NCBI RefSeq assembly: GCF_009914755.1
Contig: NC_060933.1
Strand: one strand, 5' to 3'
Source of the DNA: the human T2T-CHM13v2.0 reference genome, Homo sapiens
DNA length: 64,000 bases
Below, piece by piece: positions 46,599 through 60,825 of this stretch (the stretch's first letter is position 1; the number at the start of each line of letters is the position of its first letter). The notes beneath the pieces were generated by a model. That model was not told the DNA's origin and made no database searches. It worked only from the letters and a program-made list of their open reading frames with translations. The translations under genes were made by a program, and so were the position numbers.

Positions 46599-47193
46599 TG
46601 GTAAGTCCTCACTTAATGTTGTCAGTAAGTTCTTGGAAACAGTGTCTTTATGTAAAACAACATAAAGGAAAACCAATTTTGCCATAGGCTAATGGATATA
46701 AACAAGAGTTAAGTTCCAGTACATATGTGATGGCATATTTCCAGTTACAAAATATCACCAAACTTCTAAATAAAGACCAAAAGACTCCTAATATTAAACA
46801 TTGAAATAAATGTGAGCTATACTTTCATATAAGAAAAATTAATGCAAACAAGTACAATAATTATTTACTGAGTTATTCCAGTTCGGGGTCGTGGATGGCC
46901 AGAGTCTATCCCAGCCGTCCAGGGCCAAGTTTGGAACCCACCCTGGCCAGGACGCCATCCTATCACAGCTTGCACTCACACACACTCTTCACTGGGACCA
47001 TTTAGACACACCGATTCACCTACTCTGTGCATGTTTGGGATGTCAAGGAAACCGGAGTACCCTGAGAAAGCCCACATGGGGGAACATGCACACTCCACAC
47101 AGACGGTGGCTCCAGCCAGGAATTGATTTATTTTCTCATCAATGTTATAACTAAATGACTTTGAATGAAACAATGTTATTTGATAACCTGCTG
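46599..47193. mobile_element. MER6A-like TcMar-Tigger fossil
   Basis: ~595 bp, gtcctcacttaat...taacctgctgta, with the ggaaaccggagtaccctgagaaagcccac...actccacacaga segment. Confidence 0.75.
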
Positions 47194-48976
47194 TATTTAG
47201 AGTTCACAAAATTTATCCCTCTGAAACACATACACACACGCATGGCCGCACACACACGTGCATGCACACACTGCACACACTTAATGCTAAACTTGAAAGA
47301 GATTTAAAGGCTAAAAGGAAAGTTGGACTTTAAATTTCCCCTGGACCTCACATTTTCTGGGTACTGAAAGATATGGTAGATACATATGATTGCCTTTTCC
47401 AAAAATAACTTCTATGGAAAATCCTGAGAGTTATAAGAGACTACAAAGGTGATTTGATAGAGCCACTTAAGTAATGTATGCAATATGATCACCAGGTATA
47501 CTTGTATGAGAGATGGGAAAGAAAGGAAATATTGAAAGAGCAGAACCATGAAGGAGAAGAAGCAATTGATCCTGAAGAATAGCAACTGTAGTCAGGGATT
47601 AGAGACCTGCAAACAAGTTTCCTATTCTTTTCAAAAATGAAGAATAGCTTCTTATTACAAAAGCTGTATATATAAATTATAGAAAAGTCAGAAGTGCAGG
47701 TAAGCAAATACTTTAAAAATCAAAATTATCTCTAATTCTTTGACTTATTAATCATTTTAACAGCTTGATTGATATTTTTTCAGATACACACATACATACA
47801 TACTTCTACAAAACTGGAAGTATGCTTATATATTGTATCATAACCTGCTTTTTTATTTAAAAAATATCATGAACAACTTTTCATGTCATTAAATATTCTT
47901 GCATTACATTTCTAATGAATGCATAACATTCCATTGTAAGGATACAGCGTAATTTAACTCAGTCTGTATTGAGCTACATTGATTTCCAGTTATTCACATT
48001 AGAAACAGTACACCACTGAATAAATTTATGCATTCATCTTTGCTTACCTCTTTAATGATTCTTCACGATAAATGCTAGAAATAGAACCACAGACTTAAAG
48101 GTCTCCATTGATATGTGTGGCTCCCTTGTTTTCCTTTGCAAGGTTTTGTGTGGCATCTGCCTTTAAAAGGTTAAAGATATTTTTACTTATAACATCCCTG
48201 AACTTTACCTCAAGTCTTGGGGAAAGTTATTGAAAAGTAGTTTGTATTCAAATAAGTACAAACTGGCAAGGTCAATCTTTTATACAGGTTATCAGAAACA
48301 AATCAACCTCATAAGATGGAACTAAACCCATTATTATGATTGAGTCAGCAAACCTAAAGATGTGTTTGGTTTGGACAAATACTATTAATTCCTTAAGTTC
48401 CCTGTGGCCACAGTTTTTTTTTTTAATGAATGTTTTTCTGAGTAATCTTGGTCCTATTTGAGGCCATCTTCATATGCACTACCAATATTTCCAGCTATAC
48501 CCAACAGGTAAACTAGCCCTCTGTAGGCAATTAAATGTATATTTTCCTGAAGAAAGTAAGGTTATATAGAATATAAGTATAAGGTCACCTAGAAGAGCTA
48601 TTAGTGTATTATGGACAATTTCTTTTTATTGCCAGAGCTACATGTTACTTATATTTAAGTCTGATATTTAATTCTCTATTATATTCCCTTATTATTGAAT
48701 TAATTAATTCATCCATTCATATGACAGATATTTCTTGAGCACTTACTTGTGCCAGGCACTGTGTTAGACTCTGGGGATTTGGAAAGACCCTGCTTCCCTC
48801 ATGAAACTTACATTCCAATGATGGAAACAGATCATCTGTAAGTGCGTAAACTAATATATCATGTCAGATAATGTCTCATTTCCTTATCTCTTAAATAAAA
48901 AAATATTCTATTCCATAGGGCTGTTATGAGAACTGAGTGAGACTATGTGGAAATTACCATACACATGTTTAAAAAA

Positions 48977-49064
48977 TATTGTTTCTTTTTCCTCTTATCT
49001 TTTAGAAAAGGGAAAATGATTATTGTTTCTTTTTCCTCTTATCTTTTAGAAAAGGGAAAATGAT
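48977..49064. repeat. Perfect 44-bp tandem duplication
   Basis: tattgtttctttttcctcttatcttttagaaaagggaaaatgat twice, no mismatches. Confidence 0.97.
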
Positions 49065-49112
49065 TTGTATAAATCATTAAATACTCCCTTGATATTACAA
49101 AACTAGCAAATT

Positions 49113-49806
49113 GTTTTTTGATTTTATTTTTTAAATTGTCACATAATAATTGTACATATTCATGGTGGTACATAGTGATGTTTTGGTACATATAATTATA
49201 GTGATCAGATCAGGACAATTAGCATATCCATCATCTCAAACTCTAATCATTTCTTTGTATTGGGCATGTTCAATATCCTCCCTTTAAGTATTTGAAACGA
49301 CACAATACATTATTGTTAACTACCTCATCCCACAGTAGTATAGAGCACTAGAACGTATTCCTCCTATGTAGCTGTAATTTCGTATCCCTTAACAAATCTC
49401 TCCCATCTTTCCCTTCCCCCTACCCTTCCTGGCCTCCAGTAAACTCTGTTCTACTTTTTACTTCTATGAGATCGAAGTTTTTTAGCTTCTGCATGTGAGT
49501 GAGAATGTGAAGTGTTTAACTTTCTGTTCCTGGCTTATTTCACTTGGTGTAATGTCCTCCATTTCCATCCATATTGCTGCAAATAACAGGATTTCATTTT
49601 TTAATGGATACCATTCCAGTGTGTATCTATCCCACATTTTCTTTATCCATTCATTTATTGTCAGACACGTAAGTTGATTCCATATCTTGGCTATTGTGAA
49701 AATGCTGCAGGAAACATGGGGGCGCAGATGTCTCTTCAATATAATAATCTTTTCCTTTGGATAAATTCCCAGGAGTGGGATTGCTAGATCATATGGTAGT
49801 TCTAAT
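49113..49806 (-). mobile_element. 5'-truncated L1MA-type 3' end
   Basis: L1MA 3' UTR motifs; TSD tagcaaatt. Confidence 0.8.
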
Positions 49807-50509
49807 TAGCAAATTCTATATTCCATATTAAAGGAAGGAATAGGTAAATTTTTTTCAAATTTTTTATTTTGTTAAAGATGGAGTAATCCTCCCACTTCAG
49901 CCTCCTGAGTAGCTAGGATTACAGAGGTGAGCCACAGCACCTGGCATGGGATAGGTAAACATTTTTTAAAATGTTTGTTTTGTTTCAGGCAAAATTAGGT
50001 ATCAACTGTTTCTCCACAAAGAAGAGCAGCTTAAGCCTTCACAGCACATAGTTCTGATAATTCAGGTCTTCTTTTGCCATTTCTCAAACATAGCTATCTT
50101 GTGTTGGTACATGCGATCTGCAGGGCCTTAGACGAATCATACATTTCATCTCTCTGGGCCTCAGTTTCCTGAAGATGAAGTTATGTTATATGGTTCGTAA
50201 AGTTCATTTCAGGGCTAACTTCACTTTGTCCTTGTAAAAATTATCTGCCTAGTGGGTCCACTCCCCACCTCACCACCCCCCAAAAAATGACTGCTGTGCT
50301 CCAACCCAAGCCAATCAAAAATGATAAACACTTGACTGTGACTTTTTTCAAGACTCTGTTTTACAGAGAAGTGGAAAGGTCTACTGTGGAATGCTTATAT
50401 TTTAATTTGTCCTCATTGATAGGAGAGGACAAATGTAAACTAGGAGAAATGGAAAAACCAGTGATACATGTCTTGTTATGTTAAAGGAAAAAGCTAGAGA
50501 CAATATGAT

Positions 50510-50745
50510 TATTAATAATTATTTTTTAAAATTAATTCTTGCATTTATTGAGCACCTGCTGAATCCCTCATATGCATTACCTTGTATAAGTCTTGTAATA
50601 GCCCAAAAAGTTAAGAGTGTTCTTATTCTCCCAAGGATGCAGATATGGAAACTGAAACTGAGTACGGTTATGCAGTATGTGAGGGGCAATGCTGCCACAG
50701 AAACTCAAGTCTAGCTGAGACCAAACCCATGTTTTTAACCACTTG
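50510..50745 (-). mobile_element. MIR carrying an ISRE-like motif
   Basis: cagatatggaaactg...aaacccatgtttttaaccact follows the MIR consensus order. Confidence 0.65.
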
Positions 50746-51525
50746 CTTCTTGCCTTTGCCAATCATTGCCACCAACGAGTCAAAACTTACTTGTTGCTGG
50801 AACATGGTTTCATCCTGGCCTTCCACGGAATCTGTTGAGCTTGTTTTTTTTTTTTTTCCATATGCCATAATATGTTTAGTTTCACCTCAGATGAGACAGA
50901 GGATTTACTTTCAAGAAAGTTGGACGCTGTCCACTCTAAACAGTACCAGAGGTAGCCTTACAGCATCAGAAAATCCTGTGGTAGTATCTCTTCATCGGAA
51001 CTTGGAATATGATTTTAAGAGTTTTTTCTATCTTTTCATTAGAGCAGGCCAACACTGACTTGATTTTTCTCTGAAATTAGCTGTGGACAAAGATTCCTTT
51101 TCAAACTAAAGATTCTAAGCTTATTTTCCCCCATCACTTTATCAAAACTAGAAACAATCCATTAAAAACACTGCCCAGCCTTCAGGGGCTTAATCAACTC
51201 AGTGGTATAAAGCATGAAACTTGATTCTGAGATCCAGGAGAGAATATTTGGATTGCCGGGAGGTGACCTTTATATGTTTCTTTACGTGTATAACAAATAC
51301 ATTTCAATTCGCGTCTAGCCCCTTAAAACCAGTGCATGTTTCTGACCCTGAGTGCTACTGACATTGTGAATCGCACTGCAAACAGAACACGGGTCACTGT
51401 TGTTTTCCTGATCTGGGAAGACATCATGGTGTGGTGAAAGGGACAGTGCGCTGCTGATCAGACTTGGGTTCTGTCTCTCCTCTGCTACCAGTGAAATGAA
51501 TTTCAGATGCAAAGTGGAAAGATCA

Positions 51526-51558
51526 ATTGTTTCTTGGCCTCTTTGCTGAGATCAAGGG
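51526..51558 (+). pseudogene. U2 snRNA 5'-fragment retrocopy
   Basis: ATTGTTTCTTGGCCTCTTTGCTGAGATCAAG matches U2 nt 1-31 at 25/31, with two CpG decays. Flanked by a direct repeat: aagtggaaagatca / aagaagaaagatca. Confidence 0.75.
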
Positions 51559-51936
51559 AAGAAGAAAGATCAGATTAGTTCCGTGACAGTCCAATATTTA
51601 CTGACTGACCCATGTTCTGTTTCATCTCAGGATTTCCAGGGGGCTCCAATTTGGACCACTGCAGCGGTCCCAACTGCCAACCTATGTTTTCCCTTCTTCC
51701 CTACCTTTCCCCTGCAGCCTCAAGTGGTTCCAGATAAAGTGTTATTCCATGTATCTCACTGTCTGAATCTAGAGGACTCTGATACCCAAATGTGTTTCTC
51801 AGGGTGTGTCAATGAAAGGGACTCTTTGACCCACAATCCCCCTTTTTCTTCACAACTCCATCATCGGCATCCTCAAAGACAATCCATGGTGCCTACTACT
51901 CCTCATCTTATTGACATGATTTTAATGTCAGCTCTC

Positions 51937-52250
<314 letters not shown>

Positions 52251-52305
52251 TCAAAGTTTTCCTCCATGTTCCATGAAAATACACTTTACAATCTAGTATT
52301 CCCCC

Positions 52306-52340
52306 CACCACACACACACACACACGCACACACATATATA
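52306..52340. repeat. (CA)n microsatellite
   Basis: CA run seen directly. Confidence 0.9.
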
Positions 52341-53223
52341 CTGAAACGAAACCATATCCAACTTCATTTCCATTTCCAATTCATTCAACATTTTCTATTC
52401 TGTTCTATTGCATTTAAAAAACGCTGGTCACAAGCCACTAAACTGATCTCAGATCAGACTTTAATAAATCAGACTCCCCCTTTTATACACACAGAGCACT
52501 CTCTACTGTTTCTTCCTAGTACTTGTCACAATTTGTAAGTCCTAAATCATGTGATTGCCTACTTAATGTCTCCCGCAACCTGCCCCTGGTGTTCTGTAAA
52601 CTTCAAGAGGATATGTTTTGCTCACCTTTGAATTTTTAGATCCCATACAACACCTATCATATCATAAATGTTTAATAAATATTTATTAAAAGAATTAATA
52701 AATGAATGTGGCCAAACCTATTCAGGTCTGCATGGTTCCTCCCTAGAGTTCCATCACACTTCACAGATCTAAAGTTTCCTCCCAGTTGTGGAGGTTTGAA
52801 GCTCAAAACTGCTGGAGGTGCTTCCCACCATAGCTCGTGAAGGCCCTATTGGTGTTTTCTTCCTAGTCCGTCTCTAGTTGATCATGACAGATGGGCCAGT
52901 GTGTTTTGAAGAAGACTGGCTGATGCCTCACCAAATTCTGGGGACAGGTGCCTTTCTCCAGGGGAATTCATGAAGAGACTCTCCAGGGGCAGGGCAGACC
53001 ACTGGGAAAAACAAGACCCTTGGGTTTTCTGACCACTGGCCACTTGTTTTTCCCACATCAGGAGAGTTTATCATCTGTGCTCATCCACCTCCTGAGGTTG
53101 CTTTGCTGGTGCTGATTTCAGGTCCCAGGCCCCTAAGGTCTCACACTCACTCCACAAGCCACCTACACAGCTGTAGTTGTTTTCAGCCGACAGCTAGGTT
53201 ATTTTGCCTTCCAAGATATTTTC

Positions 53224-53567
<344 letters not shown>

Positions 53568-53920
53568 TAAAGCCCTCAGAATACATCTCTAATGATGAAA
53601 TCATCAGGCAACTTGACAAAGAGTGAAGAAATTGAAGGGTTCTCTCAATAGCATCCCAAGGAGGCTGACCCACACCCTACTGCCTACCATAGGCTGGCTT
53701 CATGTGCTCTAGTGCTGTGAATAAAGGAAAAAACTAACATGTTGAAGCATTTATTTAGTGCCAGGAGGCAGGTACTTTCTCAGGTACCCTTTTTCTTCTC
53801 ACATAATTCCAGGTCATTGGCAGAATAGAGATGCAAACCAAGAACTTGGGCAGCACCAAGATGTAGATGCTAAAACTTTAAACTTGCTGGACAAAATGAT
53901 AGGGGACTTTGAAATAATTA

Positions 53921-54554
<634 letters not shown>

Positions 54555-54804
54555 GGAGGCATCCAAAAAAATGTTCCGTTAGATCCATTTTTTGTCTGAC
54601 AGAGACAGGAGAGGTGATGAAAGGGAATGTAAGAGTATTTAAGGGATTATTTCTTTATGGTAGCAGAAGGACAAAGACATGTTTGAAAAATTTTTAATAT
54701 TGTATAAAATGATGATATTTTCTTAGTGGTCTTGTTGTTGAATCCAGAGATTGTGGTCATGTAGTTCATAGGTAATTTATCAGTTATTATTTATTTTTTA
54801 AAGC

Positions 54805-54946
54805 TTTTATTTATTTATTTATTTATTTTAGAGATGAAGTCTTGCAATGTTGCCCAGGCTGGCCTAGAATTCCCGGGCTCAACTGATCCTCCTTTCTCAG
54901 CCTCCCTAGTAGCTGGGACTATAGGCACACACCACTGTGCCTGTCT
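54805..54946 (-). mobile_element. FLAM (Alu monomer)
   Basis: Single monomer; TSD taattt(a/g)tca. Confidence 0.75.
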
Positions 54947-55564
54947 AATTTGTCAACTTTTAAATGAGATCATCTGCAAGTTCAAGGAAGTTAGATAAAG
55001 GGTGATACCACAGAAAAAAAATGAGATTTTTCTCTTTAAGATGAATATTGAATTTAGAATTCCTTAATTAATATTGAGGATCACATGCGAGCTACAGATA
55101 GGGAATATTGAGTATTTAAAGCATTCTGAATGACCTGAGTGTTTTCCTTCTCATGCTTATTAAAAACATTTACCACTTACAGCTGAATTGGAATATAGTT
55201 CTACATAAATTGTTATTTACACCTGATACACAGAAAGAAATGTGTTTCCTTATTTATCATACTATTAATTTGAATGTGCTATTCTTTTTTTAATTGCTTT
55301 AAAGTCAATTGGGGAATCAGATTATGAATATCTATTTTACTGCTTCCACATTTCCTAAGTTAATCAAATACGACAAGTTAGTGAGCTTGTGGAATTTACT
55401 TGAATTTCCTAATCTTTTAACTGAGAGGGTATTTTCCACAGCAAATATTTTGTAGCATCCATTTGTCATTTTTTAAATATTCAAACTAGTTTTTTTTAAA
55501 ATAATGCCAAGTACACTTAGTGCCTAGTAAATGCTGGCCACTGTTATTGCTGTTATCATTATTC

Positions 55565-55842
55565 TTTTTTGTTTGTTTGTTTGAGAGAGAGTCTCGCTCT
55601 GTCACCCAGGCTGAAGCGCAGTGACGTGATCTCGGCTCACTGCAAGTTCCGCCTCCCGGGTTCACGCCCTTCTCCGGCCTCAGCCTCCCGAGTAGCTGGG
55701 AATACAGGCACCCACCACCGCGCCCGGCTAATTTTTTGTATTTTTTTTTAGTAGAGACGGGGTTTCATCGTGTTAGCCAGGATGGTCTCAATCTCCTGAC
55801 CTCGTGATCCACCCTCCTCGGCCTCCCAAAGTGCTGGGATTA
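55565..55842 (-). mobile_element. AluY lacking its first ~25 nt, no TSD
   Basis: AluY diagnostics; ends abruptly at gctgggatta. Confidence 0.9.
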
Positions 55843-56439
55843 TGGCAGAGAAATGTTTGTTTCAAAAGTGTGTTAGTCTCTAAGGAAATGAATACTTCCA
55901 GACTAAATTCTGTTTATAGTATTATCATTAATAAATAAACTAAAACATTACTTCTGTTTCATTGCCCCAATGTATATTGTATTAAAATGTTCTTTTCTGA
56001 TCTTCTCTAAGTTAAAAAAAAAAAAAAAGAAACAAAGTTGAGTAAACAAGCTGAGCAAACTGTGTGTTGAAACTTTAATATGTCCGAGGAAAAGAATCTT
56101 GCATTAAGTCCAATACAGAGAGTCTGATAATTTGGTGGAGCAGAGAGCCTCATCTGAGGTGGCTTTCCGTGAACAGCATCTCTGAGGTGTCACCTGCTAC
56201 CACATTCACTGTCCACCCTGGGCTTTGCCCCTCAAGCACCAGGGCTCAGGTCTCTTGTTTTGCCTGTTTCTCCCTATAGTCTCCCTGGCCTGTGCCTTTT
56301 AGACAAAACAGATTAACATCACCTTTAAGCCGTCAATACTGAACATTCTGTCTTTATAAGGCCTGACTCATTACCAATTTTATTTGGTCAATTTTACCTT
56401 CCTTGCTTTCAAAGGAACACCATTTGCCTATGTCAAGTG

Positions 56440-56649
56440 TTCTCTTTCTTTTATTTTTCCCTTCCTTCTGTCTTTCCCCTCCTTCCTTCCTTCCTTCCTC
56501 CCTCCCTCCTCTCTCCTCTCTTTCTTCCTTCCTTGCCTCCTTCCATCCTTCCCTCCCTCTCTCTCTTTCTTTCTTTCTTTCTCTCTCTCTCTCTTTCTTT
56601 CTCTCTTTCTTTCTTTCCATCTTCTTTTCTTTCTATCTTTCTTACTTTT
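56440..56649. repeat. CT-rich polypyrimidine/polypurine tract
   Basis: ~210 bp of (CCTT)/(CT)/(CTTT) with very few purines on the + strand. Confidence 0.95.
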
Positions 56650-57511
56650 GATGTAGCTGTCACGACCTAATGAAAATACTGGCATGAGTGATGCCACCTT
56701 TAGATTCTCCACCTTCCTGTTCCTGTCCTATTCACCAACATGAATTGGTTTGTGGCTGTAAGTACTTGGTGGGTTATTGCTCATAGATTCAGTTGCATTT
56801 TTGCTGAGATAGTGCTGTTACCAAAAGCAGGGGTGCTGCTTGAAGAAGTAAACCTAACTCTGAAAAATAGAGACTCTCCAGAAACATCATAATCTTAAGG
56901 ATGGACATTTGTGGCCTGTTATTGTTACTTCATTCTAGGTGACAGAGTGAAGTGAGTGAGGGCAAAAATGACTGCACACTTATGGAAAGAGGGCTGCCTC
57001 CACCACAGACAGGTAGTGGGAGGTCCCACTCTTCCAGGTTGAACCCAATATCCTATCTTCTCCTTCCGGTCTTGGTACCTGTTGTTGCTATTGTAAACAC
57101 TTCCCTCACCTGGGACTGCATATAGATGAAAGATTGCTGGGGGGTTTCCCAGGATCTTGGGCCAGTGCCAACAAATGGCAAACTTTCAAGTCTAGAGATG
57201 GTCCTATGGCATGACTGGGGGACACCACTTCCTTCACCAGAACATTCACATCCTTCCCAAGGTGCCACGCCCAGTTCTTTTGTCCAACAATAAACTCTGC
57301 GAAGTGGAGTGAAGTCACCACCCAAGCCTTAGCCTACCTCTGACCACAGCCTGTGACTCCACAAAGATAAATGAAAAGAGGAAAGTCAGTGATGTTTTAT
57401 ATACTGTCAGCAGCAATCTCACAGCCTCAATACATTTTCTTTCAAAAGTTTAATATGTAATAACTGGCATTTCTTCTTCATTCCTAGTTGGTTAGACTGC
57501 ATCACATCTGC

Positions 57512-57992
<481 letters not shown>

Positions 57993-59977
57993 TAATGTTG
58001 CAGGTAGTCCAAAGGCCCTATCCCTTATTCTAGAACACAGGCTTTATAGCACAGGCTTTGGCAAGTCTGTAACAGTCTGAACTCCTCCACTGTATTCCAC
58101 ATACTAGGGATCTTTTAAGTTGTCATTATGTCCTGGCACAAGCATTTATCATATTTCTGGGAGCATGTAGGGTTCAAGATGCGAGGGCAAGAGAGGGCTG
58201 AGTTGTTTGTTATTAAGCTGACAGGAAATGGCCAAGGCTCATGTGCTACTGCTTGCAGTTGGGCAAAAGAGGATAAATTAATTGCTTTGTAGAAATTCCT
58301 TTCTGCATTCTTTAGGGAAAATTTTTCCATGTGAGCTAAATGAGTCAAAGGGGGTGGTTTTGGGCTCAACAGCTTTGACATTGTCCCTTCAAGGAATGAA
58401 ACAATTAAAGAAACTGATCTCCTCTGAGAAAAAGACCATTTACAATAACCTATCTACTCTACATAAAATATTCCCAGTAGACTCATCAAAACAAGACCCT
58501 CTGATACCACACCATACTGGGTTTTTCCTTATTGGGATTCCCCCATGTTTTTTCTTTAATGCTTCCCCATGTTTTAGAAACAGATTTGCTTACCCGGAAC
58601 CTTCCACACTCAATTCCAAATTTATCATAGTACTATCATTTGGGAGTAAACAACATGTAAGGGGCCTACACGGGTGGAAAGCCCATTCAAGAAACTGAGG
58701 ATGATCAAATAGTAGAGTTGATAGTATGTGTATAATCCCAGGGAGGAGTTTCATGACGGATTAGAAGGTCAACACTGCCTGATGCAGCCGAAAGATCACA
58801 TTAAAACAGGACAGGAAGGAAGTCCTGGCTGTCCAGCAAAAGGTCTTTAGTGGCTATATCAAGAGAAGCTTTTACAGAAGGGTGAGGGTGGTAGCCTGCG
58901 AACATTGGATTAGGAGTGAGAGGGACTGAAGGAAGTAGAAACTCCAGCTCAGGGGAAGGGGAGAGAATGAGCTTGAGGAAGGCCCTCTGATGAAGGGAAG
59001 GCTCTTTTCTGATGCCAGTGAGTTGAGCAGACTTATAGGAAGCAAAGAGGAGTCTAGGGACAGACAGGGATTGTCCAGGTAATGTAGGAAACATTTGACA
59101 AGGACAGATCTCGAATAAAAACATGAATGCAATTTCTGTTTCAGATGTCTCCTTTGCCTGCCCCATCCCACATTCTAGAAAAATATTTGGTGCATTAACA
59201 GATTTTGGACTTCACAGGGCTTCACTTTTATTGTGCTTAATATTTGTTCCTTGGTGAAACACAAAGAGACAAACTACACAAAAAGAGAATCATACTTGAT
59301 GAAAAAAATCAATGTTTAGAAGTTGCTCTTAAATCTTTTACCCATTGCTAACATGGGTATTTGGATGCCATTTGGAACGTATTCCAGGACTACTTATCCA
59401 TGAAAGGATTAATGATATTGGAGCCAGGTTCAAAGTCTCAGCAACAAGCTAAAACCTGCTCTTTTTAGTAGTCAGGGGCAAAGCTTAGTATCCTTTCTTC
59501 TGAAAGCTTTCGCATGCTAAGCTTTCCATTGCCAAGCCCCTGGGAAGGAAAATACCAGAAGTTTCACTCCGATAGCAGCTTTTTCTGAGATGCGCCTGGT
59601 GATAACATTTTCCAGTAGGGCTATCTTCTGTCTCCTTCCTTCTCTGTGTGTACCAGTAAAGCCTTGTACAAGTCTCTTAACCTTTCTTGGCTTCAGTTTC
59701 CAAATTTGTAAAGTGAAGATAATAATACCTCCCTCATAGAGTTGTTGTGAGGACTACATGGGCTAACGATCAGACAGAAAGCACTCATTAAGTGTGACTA
59801 GCATTGTTAATTGCAGTAATAGTAGTTCTAGTAGCAGGCTTTTCCAGGTTATAAGGATTAAAGATACGCTCATGTTACCTAAGTTAATGGTGCATTATTT
59901 TAAGGGTACACCAAAAAGTAAGAAGAATGGGAAACTACTTAACCAGCACATGGGGTGCAGAAGCGAGAGCAATTGTG

Positions 59978-60282
<305 letters not shown>

Positions 60283-60530
60283 CCAAGGGAATTCTTACAG
60301 CCTGACAGGTTTGGAACTCTGAGTCTCTCTGTGTGTCTGTGTCTCTGTCACTCCACCATATGTTTAGCAGGGTTAATTAATTTGCCCAAGATCACACAAT
60401 TAGTAGATGATTATGCAAGATTTGAACCAGTTGTTATTCATTGGAATATGATTACTGTGTAAGTTAGCATGAGAATATTGAAAATAAATGTCTTGTTAGA
60501 TTCATTTATTTTTTAAAAAATTCCTATGTA

Positions 60531-60825
<295 letters not shown>

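Noticed and set aside
56354-56712. Six overlapping ERK-rich or SLF-rich ORFs
   Set aside because: Artefacts of the stop-free CT/GA microsatellite.
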